A stretch of 38,678 nucleotides of DNA, taken from a virus. The stretch's first letter is position 1. Each line of letters opens with the position of its first letter. Where the stretch lies: IMG/VR virus record IMGVR_UViG_3300029813_000414, positions 1 to 38,678 of that record; one strand, written 5' to 3'. Below, piece after piece: positions 25,495 through 32,787 of this stretch. The position numbers and the translations under genes are program-made. The notes beneath the pieces are model-generated. The model searched no databases. It was not told the origin of the DNA and saw only the letters and a list, made by a program, of their open reading frames with translations.

Positions 25495-26370
25495 ATGGCT
25501 AATAAAATTTGGTTAGGAAACGACAGCGGTAACGAAGGCGATTGGAGCGTAGCAGCCAACTTTTTGCCATCCGGTGTGCCGATAAACGGCGATGATGTTT
25601 ATCTTGAAAATTCGAGCCAGGATGTAACGGCCGGATTCGACCAATCGGCAGTGACATTGGCCAGCTTGAATGTTGACCAAACTTATATAGGCAAGATAGG
25701 CGATGCCGATGATTATCTTAAAATTGGGGCAACAAAACTGAATATCGGCCAGCATTACGGCCCGGGGATGCCGGCCGGCTCCGGCAGAATTAAGATAGAC
25801 CTTGGCAGTGCTCAGTCAGCAGTCGTAGTGCATAATACGGGCAGCCCTGCAGACAGCAACAAGCCCGCCGTACGATTGAAGGCCAATAATGCCAGTACGA
25901 CTATCGAGGTTCGCAAGGGAAGTGTTGGGGTGGCGACAGAGACGGGAGAGACCACAACGGTCAGCAAGATAATAATCAGCTACGTAAGCCAGGTCAATTC
26001 CGATGCGGATGTCTTTATCGGCCCGGGCGTCACTTTAACTACGTTAGATCAGCTCGGCGGCGACGGTATCCTCGAATGTGCGGCAACCACCGTAAATGCA
26101 AAGGCCGGCACTTTAACAATTACAGGCAGCGGCATCATAACAACTCTCAATGCCGAAGGGGCAACTGTTATCTCGAATTCGACCGGCACTATAACAACCT
26201 GCAATGTAAAAGGCGGGACCGCTGATTTTACAAAGTCTGCAGCGGCACGGACCGTAACGACTCTTAAGTTAGAGGCCGGAGGCATCTTGAAATATGACCC
26301 GGGCGTGCTGACGATTACCAACAAGGTCGATTCCGATAATCCGGTTACTTTAATGGCCGCAACGGCGTAA
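25495..26370 (+). CDS. Beta-helix-like repeat protein (probable tail spike/fibre element)
   Basis: N-terminal WLGNDSGNEGDWSVAANFLPSGVPINGDDVYL is like autotransporter-associated beta-strand repeat openings. The rest is a T/G/A/V-rich repetitive beta pattern. Confidence 0.55.
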   Translation: MANKIWLGNDSGNEGDWSVAANFLPSGVPINGDDVYLENSSQDVTAGFDQSAVTLASLNVDQTYIGKIGDADDYLKIGATKLNIGQHYGPGMPAGSGRIKIDLGSAQSAVVVHNTGSPADSNKPAVRLKANNASTTIEVRKGSVGVATETGETTTVSKIIISYVSQVNSDADVFIGPGVTLTTLDQLGGDGILECAATTVNAKAGTLTITGSGIITTLNAEGATVISNSTGTITTCNVKGGTADFTKSAAARTVTTLKLEAGGILKYDPGVLTITNKVDSDNPVTLMAATA

Positions 26371-26411
26371 AAGAACAGCAGGCAGACTGGCATCTGATTT
26401 CCGGTTAAACA

Positions 26412-27338
26412 ATGAGAAATTATGTATTATCACCGCGAGATGCTGAAAAATTCCAGGAGATTGTACGTTGGTACAATCGTCATAAAAATCTGCGGCATCG
26501 CCTTCGAAAAAGAAGCACTGGCATTGGCGGCGGCGGAACCGCTGCTACAGACATCAAAATTTTCGAAGTGCAATCTGCGGCAACAGGTGATGGCGTATAT
26601 AATTGTTACGAACAGACAATAGACAAAACCGAATGGGACGATACATCGGGAGACGATAAGTTCGATGATAAAAACACAACCGAAGTAGAAATTCTAAACC
26701 TGTATGAAAACGACCCCGAATCATCATATAAGGAAGGCCTTGCCAAATATGATCGTATTATTGCCTGGAAGAAAAAAGATGATGAAGAAAATGACAGATG
26801 GGTCGGAGTACCTGTAGCTGGCGCCGTGGTTCGCAGGGCCATAACCACCCAAGATGCTCCGGCGGATACAAAAATTACCGCCAATCTCTACGATAATACG
26901 GATACTGAGATAGAAAGCGGATTGGGCTCGGCCATCGATGTTTATTGTGAGATTGTTGGTGGGGGCAATTTAGAAGATGCTGTTCCCCTTCTTAAAGATG
27001 ACCAGGATATTTTTGTTATAAATATTCAGGGCAAGTGGTGGTGTACCGCATTATTCGAAATCGGAGCAACAATAGCGTTACGCAGAGCAAAAATACAAAC
27101 AGGTGGAGTTCCTTCCAACAATACTGGTCCTTTCTCTTGCAAGCTATTAGATTCCGGAGGACTTGAAACTGGAGATGCCATTGATGTTTATCCTTGTGAA
27201 CACCTTGGATCTAATAATTTTGATGGAGATGTCTGGCCCGACTTATCTGCTGGCGATGTTGTTTTGGTTTTTCAGGATTTAGATAGTAATTGGTATATAG
27301 CCAATATAATATTTGATGATACTGAAAGTTGTGCTTAA
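26412..27338 (+). CDS. Hypothetical protein, probable distal tail component
   Basis: 308-aa ORF in the tail operon. Confidence 0.55.
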   Translation: MRNYVLSPRDAEKFQEIVRWYNRHKNLRHRLRKRSTGIGGGGTAATDIKIFEVQSAATGDGVYNCYEQTIDKTEWDDTSGDDKFDDKNTTEVEILNLYENDPESSYKEGLAKYDRIIAWKKKDDEENDRWVGVPVAGAVVRRAITTQDAPADTKITANLYDNTDTEIESGLGSAIDVYCEIVGGGNLEDAVPLLKDDQDIFVINIQGKWWCTALFEIGATIALRRAKIQTGGVPSNNTGPFSCKLLDSGGLETGDAIDVYPCEHLGSNNFDGDVWPDLSAGDVVLVFQDLDSNWYIANIIFDDTESCA

Positions 27339-27841
27339 TGTTATACAAAAGAAAAGGTGATATACTTACATCAGCTGACGATAAACTATGCTCATCTTGC
27401 TGTCCATGTCCCGAATCGTTTACTATAACCTTTTCTGACGTTATCGAATGTCCTGATTTGAATGAAATGGCATCTTGGCCAGCATTGGATTTGAATGATT
27501 ATGAATTTTCTATAAGTAAAACAGGAACTGAAGTTGGTGCTTGTTGTTATCAAGGTACTGCAGGAGGTTGGTACATTAGTTTGAAGTTCTATAATGCTAC
27601 AAAGCTTTTTAACTTATGTGCTTGGTATGCTTGTGAAGGTGAATGTTGCTTTGATGGGGGAGCAATAGCATTTGTAGCTGAAGATGTTCCGCTACCATAC
27701 GAAGATTTTAGCAATATGCTTGTTGAAGCAGATTGTTGTGACAATCTTATTACTGTATTAAATATGTGTGATTCGCATCAGCCTAAAGAACACGGTATGC
27801 AAACTGGTTATGATGGTACTGCAACAATCGCAATACCTTAA
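27329..27841 (+). CDS. Cysteine-rich hypothetical protein (about 17 Cys in 170 aa)
   Basis: CSSCCPCP, ACCYQG, CAWYACEGECCFDG, ADCCDN, MCDS. Overlaps the upstream gene by 10 nt. The DNA is visibly AT-richer. Confidence 0.6.
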   Translation: MCLMLYKRKGDILTSADDKLCSSCCPCPESFTITFSDVIECPDLNEMASWPALDLNDYEFSISKTGTEVGACCYQGTAGGWYISLKFYNATKLFNLCAWYACEGECCFDGGAIAFVAEDVPLPYEDFSNMLVEADCCDNLITVLNMCDSHQPKEHGMQTGYDGTATIAIP

Positions 27842-27857
27842 TTTGATGGAGTAATTT

Positions 27858-28196
27858 ATGGGCTGTTGTGGTAAAAAGAAGAGAAAAACATTAAGAAAAG
27901 CAAGAAATATATTAGTTGCTGCCGAGGCCAATAAAGCATTGACAGAAGAATCCGTGAATAGAAATCAGATGACAGAAGAAGAAAGACAACAACAGCAGGA
28001 TCGAATCCGGCATTTGGTTGAGCTAAACGGCCGGCTCAGTGATATTGACCAGGAATTCAGCCGGATTCGCAATGAATTTATCGAAGCCGACAACCAGGGA
28101 CAATTTATTGCAGAGACTGAAAAGACAATCAATCGCTTAAAAAATGATATGTTCGTAGCTTACATCGCCGCTGATAGCACACTTAATTCTGATTAA
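27858..28196 (+). CDS. Small coiled-coil protein, paralog of 29099..29461; contains IR-L
   Basis: GGAG RBS. MGCCGKKKRK... then AAEANKALTEES encoded by the 34-bp repeat. The C-terminal part is weakly similar to the minus-strand paralog (EERQQQ/VERQQP, IDQEFSRI/ILDEFRKL). Confidence 0.6.
   Translation: MGCCGKKKRKTLRKARNILVAAEANKALTEESVNRNQMTEEERQQQQDRIRHLVELNGRLSDIDQEFSRIRNEFIEADNQGQFIAETEKTINRLKNDMFVAYIAADSTLNSD
27920..27953 (+). repeat. Inverted repeat IR-L (34 bp, perfect match to reverse complement of 29276..29309)
   Basis: tgccgaggccaataaagcattgacagaagaatcc. Flanking bases on both sides differ. Confidence 0.95.
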
Positions 28197-28764
28197 ACGG
28201 CTCAAGAACAAAGAATGTTTTTATCCCTTCGAACAATGTATCATAACTTTTGGTCCCGGTTATTTTAAAGAGCCGGTCAGGACTTGGTTTGATAATAGAA
28301 CCATCAGCCCATTTGGAAGTATCCAGACCACGTATACAGACTAATTTTGTAATTTTTTTATATCCTGTAATCGGGACTGTTGTTGAAAAACGTGATGTAC
28401 GAGGCATTGAACCAAGTTTTGGTACAGAACCAATTCGCAACTCGACAATCATATCCTGCTTATCTATTATTTGCTCAATTTTGAAATCGTTATCATTATC
28501 AAAATAGACGATTTGGCCGACCTCTAAAGGAAGCTGAATATCTTTGGCCTGGCCCTGTTTTTTTAATTTAGTTACGGGCGATGATTTTTCCTCGAGATGA
28601 TCTATACGCAGGGTAAGGTCTTCAAGGCGTTTTTCAATTTGGTCCAATCTTACATTGACCGGCAATGTTTTTTTCTGTGGTTGACGACTGGTCGAGCGAT
28701 ATTGAGCAAAGACAAAGGTGGCAGTCAAAGTCAATGCGATAATCGCAATGAGTAACTTTTTCAT
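28183..28764 (-). CDS. Secreted protein (signal peptide), function unknown
   Basis: MKKLLIAIIALTLTATFVFA/QY signal peptide, then a coiled-coil segment. Its 3' end overlaps convergently with 27858..28196 by 14 nt. Confidence 0.65.
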   Translation of the reverse strand: MKKLLIAIIALTLTATFVFAQYRSTSRQPQKKTLPVNVRLDQIEKRLEDLTLRIDHLEEKSSPVTKLKKQGQAKDIQLPLEVGQIVYFDNDNDFKIEQIIDKQDMIVELRIGSVPKLGSMPRTSRFSTTVPITGYKKITKLVCIRGLDTSKWADGSIIKPSPDRLFKITGTKSYDTLFEGIKTFFVLEPFNQN

Positions 28765-29102
28765 TTTTGGCCGCCTTTTTTAGTGATACCACTGTCAATG
28801 GATGTTAACAAAGTTCGTATGTCATTATTTACAACATTAAGATGTGAAAGTTCTTTCTCAATTTTGTCCAATTGATTTACACGCCTATCAATACTAAAAA
28901 CTAATCGGAGAATGATTATCGTCGTTATTATTATGATGACCGAAATTAAAGCGAACCAGAAAAGTGCCTTACCGATGAATCGACCTGTGTCTTCGCCGAG
29001 TTTATATGTTTCGTATCCAATATCATCATATACATCAGCAAAAGCAATATGTACATTGAAGACGAGAAACAAAATTACTAAGATGATATATTTTTTTTTC
29101 AT
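28761..29102 (-). CDS. Membrane protein (signal peptide + TM helix), function unknown
   Basis: MKKKYIILVILFLVFNVHIAFA and the internal TM LFWFALISVIIIITTIIILRLVF. Has 4-nt overlaps with both neighbours. Confidence 0.65.
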   Translation of the reverse strand: MKKKYIILVILFLVFNVHIAFADVYDDIGYETYKLGEDTGRFIGKALFWFALISVIIIITTIIILRLVFSIDRRVNQLDKIEKELSHLNVVNNDIRTLLTSIDSGITKKGGQK

Positions 29103-29461
29103 TTTGCTTTTTTCTTTTGCTTGAATTTGGGTGTTATCAATTTACGAAATTCATCGAGAATGCGTTGTTCTTCATGGCCTAAAACCCTAAATACTGTTCC
29201 CGGCTGTTGTCTCTCGACCTCGACCATTTCTTTTATCATTTGGATCATCTGTTGTAGAGATGTTTTATCTCCCGAGGATTCTTCTGTCAATGCTTTATTG
29301 GCCTCGGCAATAGCGTGTTTTTGTTCTTTGTCTGATAATTTGCCAAACAAAATGAGACCAGCAGAAAGTATGTTTTTCAGGCCAAAAATAGGGGCCAAAT
29401 CTTCTTTAATTTCCTGTGAGCTTTTGGTCAAAATAACAGTCGTATGTTGAGTTTTTCTCAT
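29099..29461 (-). CDS. Putative lysogeny-side regulator (possible RHH-like N-terminus), paralog of 27858..28196; contains IR-R
   Basis: First gene of the minus-strand operon at the divergent promoter region. No SD, so apparently leaderless. Encodes IAEANKALTEES from the 34-bp repeat. Confidence 0.45.
   Translation of the reverse strand: MRKTQHTTVILTKSSQEIKEDLAPIFGLKNILSAGLILFGKLSDKEQKHAIAEANKALTEESSGDKTSLQQMIQMIKEMVEVERQQPGTVFRVLGHEEQRILDEFRKLITPKFKQKKKAK
29276..29309 (-). repeat. Inverted repeat IR-R (34 bp, perfect)
   Basis: The plus strand reads ggattcttctgtcaatgctttattggcctcggca, the reverse complement of 27920..27953. Confidence 0.95.
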
Positions 29462-29470
29462 AATTTTAAG

Positions 29471-29498
29471 AATTTATCATAAATATTTAGTTTTGCAA
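29471..29498 (-). promoter_or_regulatory. Candidate sigma70-like promoter for the minus-strand operon (near-leaderless mRNA)
   Basis: Minus strand has TTGCAA-16 nt-TAAATT, with the -10 ending 9 nt before ATG 29461. Host sigma specificity is unknown. Confidence 0.35.
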
Positions 29499-29564
29499 GT
29501 CCTTTTATAATAATATGTTATGAACATCAGGTGAATATATTTATGTAATCGACTTATTTTTATG

Positions 29565-29592
29565 TTGACACTTACCGATACATACGTAGGAT
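29565..29592 (+). promoter_or_regulatory. Candidate sigma70-like promoter for the RHH/integrase-side operon
   Basis: TTGACA-16 nt-TAGGAT, 27 nt upstream of ATG 29620, in an AT-rich region with three TTATGT(W) boxes. Confidence 0.35.
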
Positions 29593-29619
29593 TATCCTTG
29601 TGTTAAATCGGGCTTTTAT

Positions 29620-29880
29620 ATGGGTAATTTAGACAACAATCAAAAGGCTACTATCGCTACCGAGGTCCCTGTCTCCGTAAAAGAGGCCTATCGAAAATGG
29701 TGGCAAAAACAAGGATTCGCATCCGAGGCCGATGCCCTCCGCTGGCATATTCGCAAGGTTATCAACTTTGACCCTGAAAGTCAAGAGCAAAAAACGGAGA
29801 ACCATAATAATTTTGATTCCCAGAGAGATGTACAGGATAGCTCTAAACGCACGAAGATGGCCCAGGAGCGAATTGTTTGA
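29620..29880 (+). CDS. Ribbon-helix-helix (CopG/Arc-like) DNA-binding protein, Cro-position
   Basis: KATIATEVPVSVKEAYRKWWQKQGFASEADALRWHIRKVI fits a beta-strand/helix/helix RHH layout. It is divergent from the minus operon. Confidence 0.6.
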   Translation: MGNLDNNQKATIATEVPVSVKEAYRKWWQKQGFASEADALRWHIRKVINFDPESQEQKTENHNNFDSQRDVQDSSKRTKMAQERIV

Positions 29881-29917
29881 ATTAAAGCATAGTTGACCAT
29901 AGGGTAAAACCGAAAAA

Positions 29918-30118
29918 ATGGCCAATAACGACCTTGTCAACAGGAAGCATTGTAAGGATTATGCCTTACGCCGGGGAAAAGAAATGCGGCAAGGATGGGA
30001 CCCGCAGCAGGTAAGCAAGCAATTTCTCGATGATCTTAATACGAAGGTTCGGTTGCTTATCGATAGCGCTTTAACTCATCATCCCAGCGTTGGCAAAACA
30101 ATAAAGTGGTTAATCTGA
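29918..30118 (+). CDS. Hypothetical protein upstream of integrase (possible excision/accessory factor)
   Basis: 66-aa ORF between the RHH gene and the integrase. No motif recognised with certainty. Confidence 0.45.
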   Translation: MANNDLVNRKHCKDYALRRGKEMRQGWDPQQVSKQFLDDLNTKVRLLIDSALTHHPSVGKTIKWLI

Positions 30119-30299
30119 TTATTTGATGGAGCGATAAATGGCCACGGAGGGCCAGATAATTGATTATCGCAGCGGATTATAGGTAGCTCTTTGGAAAGTT
30201 AATAGGGGTGTACGCAGTTTGGCTTGACTGCCTTTGACTTATACTGTAAGCTGTTGACGGCTTGCAGTTTGATAAATAGTAGAAAGGAGGTGAAGTAAC

Positions 30300-31292
30300 A
30301 TGTCAATTAAGATCAAGTCACTGTGTATTAAGTATTTGGATGAGCATTTCTGGCTTGCAGAACCGACAAAAGAAACCACAGAGCGGGCATTTAGGTATTT
30401 TGAGCTTTGTGCAGGCAATCTGATTATCAGTAATATCAGATATGATCACTGTGCAAAGTTCAAAAATTGGTTGCTGCAATCAGGCAGATCGAAAGGATGC
30501 GCCAATGTTTACTTGAGGGCCTTAAAGCCGGTATTCAATTGGGCTGTCAAATTGAAGTTGATTGAATCTAATCCGGTTGTTGGCCTGAAACTGTTTAAGG
30601 TCGCACAAAAACCCATTCGAGTTTATGAGCAATTTGAGATAGACCGAATGTTAAGATTTGCAACCTCAAAACTGTGGCTCGCCAGAATCCTGTGTGGTAT
30701 TACGACCGGCCTTCGCCGCGGCGAAGTACTGAACCTTACGAAAGATGATTTTCGCAGGGGCTTTGTTTTTGTTCAACCGAAAAACAATACTCGCAGAACC
30801 TGGGAATGGCTGCCGAAAGACAAAGAGGTTCGTAAACTGCCTCTTGTCGATGAACTCGAAAACCTGCTTGCTGATTTGCCCTGCTACTATCCGATGATAA
30901 GCCAAAGAAAATACGATAATATCTTGAAACTCAAGATTGCAGGATTGTTAAGCAGCAGGACAAAGCGATGCCCAGATGAGAATTTCCGTCGTGGTTTCGT
31001 GGCTATCCAGAGAAAAGCATTTGGCCGGCAAGTGGGAACATTTCATGACCTCAGGCGGACATATATTACGATAATGCTTGAACAAGGGCTTGCACCGCAT
31101 CAGGTAAAAGTTCTATCGGGCCACTCAAATCTTGAGACTTTAGGTAACTTCTATGCAGGGATCAGGAGTTCATTGTACGATGAAGCCAAGAAAATCGCCT
31201 CTAAAATAACAAAAATGGGGCAATCGCATGTTGCGATCACCCCGCCACCTCAGCTTGCAGTTGAGGAGGTGAATCGGGGTGATAGGATTTGA
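30300..31292 (+). CDS. int: Tyrosine integrase (full length, with N-terminal SAM-like core-binding domain)
   Basis: AAAGGAGG RBS. Catalytic residues in GLRRGEVLNL, HDLRRTYIT, LSGHSNLETLGNFYAG (R...H-x-x-R...H...Y). The 3' end runs into the tRNA-like attP. Confidence 0.9.
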   Translation: MSIKIKSLCIKYLDEHFWLAEPTKETTERAFRYFELCAGNLIISNIRYDHCAKFKNWLLQSGRSKGCANVYLRALKPVFNWAVKLKLIESNPVVGLKLFKVAQKPIRVYEQFEIDRMLRFATSKLWLARILCGITTGLRRGEVLNLTKDDFRRGFVFVQPKNNTRRTWEWLPKDKEVRKLPLVDELENLLADLPCYYPMISQRKYDNILKLKIAGLLSSRTKRCPDENFRRGFVAIQRKAFGRQVGTFHDLRRTYITIMLEQGLAPHQVKVLSGHSNLETLGNFYAGIRSSLYDEAKKIASKITKMGQSHVAITPPPQLAVEEVNRGDRI

Positions 31293-31322
31293 ACCTACGA
31301 CTTCCTGCTCCCAAAGCAGGCG
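31274..31322 (-). other. attP core: 3' portion of a tRNA-Pro(TGG) gene
   Basis: The minus strand reads cgCCTGC-TTTGGGA-GCAGG-aagtc-GTAGG-TTCAAAT-CCTAT-CACCCCG-a. This is the anticodon arm (anticodon TGG), variable loop, T-arm, 3' acceptor strand and discriminator. There is no D-arm or 5' acceptor. Confidence 0.8.
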
Positions 31323-31520
31323 ATAAAAAAATCGTGAAATAAGTTTGCTATTTTATCAGACTGTAAGCCAATTATTGACAGTCTGAATACTTCACCTTAT
31401 GGCAGGGTTATCACCCCCCGACCCTGCCAGTATTTATAGCTTTTCATCACCCTCCTCCGGAATGCGCCGGGGCTGGCGACATCTCTGGCGCATTCTATAT
31501 TGAAAAAGGAAAAAGAAATA

Positions 31521-31991
31521 ATGAAAGTAATCAAGAAAGCATCTCTGTTAGTAGCATTACTTTGCTGTCCGGAAGTTTATTGTAATGGGGCGGTCCGGGT
31601 CCAGGCCCATGATGTAAATCTGATAGCGGAGCTGCCTGTAATCCTGCAGGCGGCAAAACGAAATAACTGCACAGGCGATAACCTTTTAATTTTGCTTGCA
31701 ATCAGACTGTCGGAGAAAGGCGGCCCGGGCAGAGAGTTTGGGATACTCCATCCGAAGGTCCAGGCGTTAATCGAAAAGCATCCGGAGAAGAGCCTGGACA
31801 TACAAGCAGGCTGGGCCGCGGCGACTATCAAAAAAAATAGAAAGAGATGGATCCACCACAGTTCTGACTATGACTTCATACATTTTCTGGGCAATCGATA
31901 TTGTCCCAAGGAGGCTGACCCCGAGGGCAATAAAAACTGGAAGAAAAACGTCAGCTACTGGTTTGGAAAACTTAGAGGTGACGTTGATTGA
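31521..31991 (+). CDS. Secreted protein, weakly lysozyme/transglycosylase-like
   Basis: AAGGA RBS before ATG 31521. Signal peptide MKVIKKASLLVALLCCPEVYC. LLAIRLSEKGGPGREFGI loosely resembles a catalytic-Glu segment of lytic transglycosylases. Confidence 0.35.
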   Translation: MKVIKKASLLVALLCCPEVYCNGAVRVQAHDVNLIAELPVILQAAKRNNCTGDNLLILLAIRLSEKGGPGREFGILHPKVQALIEKHPEKSLDIQAGWAAATIKKNRKRWIHHSSDYDFIHFLGNRYCPKEADPEGNKNWKKNVSYWFGKLRGDVD

Positions 31992-32011
31992 ACATTTTGC
32001 AGGGACGCAAA

Positions 32012-32236
32012 ATGAAGGATACAAAAAGTCTTAAACAACAACGATGGGGAATGTTGACAAACCCTCATTATCCACCGCTCGAGGAAATGACCAAGCTGGA
32101 GGCGGCTGAGGTAATGAATCACTTGATGCTCATAGATATTCTCAACGATGGTCCGCCTTTAACAGAAGGCGATATGAAAAAGTGCCGCAAGCGGTTTATG
32201 AAATTTTGCCAGGTTCAGTACAAGAACAGGAATTGA
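32012..32236 (+). CDS. Hypothetical protein
   Basis: ORF 31988..32236. The first ATG is at 32012. Confidence 0.5.
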   Translation: MKDTKSLKQQRWGMLTNPHYPPLEEMTKLEAAEVMNHLMLIDILNDGPPLTEGDMKKCRKRFMKFCQVQYKNRN

Positions 32237-32240
32237 TTTA

Positions 32241-32774
32241 ATGGCGGTAAGGGATACGAGCTTGATAGCCCTCGAGCGCATAAAGGATAGGCTGGAGCCG
32301 AATCAGCAAGCGGTTTATGAAATCCTGCTGGAGCTCGGCCCCACGCATGACAGGCGTATCCTGGAGGCCCTCAATCAAAAAGAGCAAGTCACACTAAAAC
32401 CAAAAGCCAAAAAAAGAACGTGGGAAATCAACTCGGTAACGGCGCGGAGAAACGATCTCTTAAATATGGGCCTGATAATTGACCTGGGTTCCCATAAGGG
32501 AACCTGGCGTGGGGACAACAAGACTTATCACATCTGGAGAATAACAGGAGACGACCGGCAGCCAATTGGCTGGAAGCCGATGAAACTAAAAGTTAAAAAA
32601 GCTCCCAGCCCACAAGAAATTCAACAATGCAAAGAACATATCCAACAAATTCGCCAACGAGCTGAGCAACCAATTTTAGAAAAAATCAGAGTCCACGAAG
32701 CGGCCTATACATTAGCTACGCACCGGCATCGTTACAAAAAACCAAAACCACAAGAGGCCTTACTTTTTGCATGA
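32241..32774 (+). CDS. Winged-helix DNA-binding protein
   Basis: NQQAVYEILLELGPTHDRRILEAL...INSVTARRNDLLNMGLIIDLG fits a MarR-like wHTH. It has a basic C-terminal tail. Confidence 0.55.
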   Translation: MAVRDTSLIALERIKDRLEPNQQAVYEILLELGPTHDRRILEALNQKEQVTLKPKAKKRTWEINSVTARRNDLLNMGLIIDLGSHKGTWRGDNKTYHIWRITGDDRQPIGWKPMKLKVKKAPSPQEIQQCKEHIQQIRQRAEQPILEKIRVHEAAYTLATHRHRYKKPKPQEALLFA

Positions 32775-32787
32775 AGGAGATTTGTGC

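Noticed and set aside
27858-27900. N-terminal MGCCGKKKRK resembling a eukaryotic myristoylation/palmitoylation + polybasic membrane-targeting signal
   Set aside because: The position after the glycine lacks the preferred Ser/Thr. Nothing else suggests a eukaryotic target, so it is likely a coincidence of a basic N-terminus.
27920-29309. The 34-bp repeat pair as a diversity-generating retroelement TR/VR pair
   Set aside because: There is no reverse transcriptase anywhere in the genome. The copies are perfectly identical with no adenine-specific mismatches, and they are inverted and very short.
31274-31322. A functional phage-encoded tRNA gene
   Set aside because: Only the anticodon arm through the 3' acceptor strand is present. 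There is no D-arm or 5' acceptor strand, so it is interpreted as an attP core.
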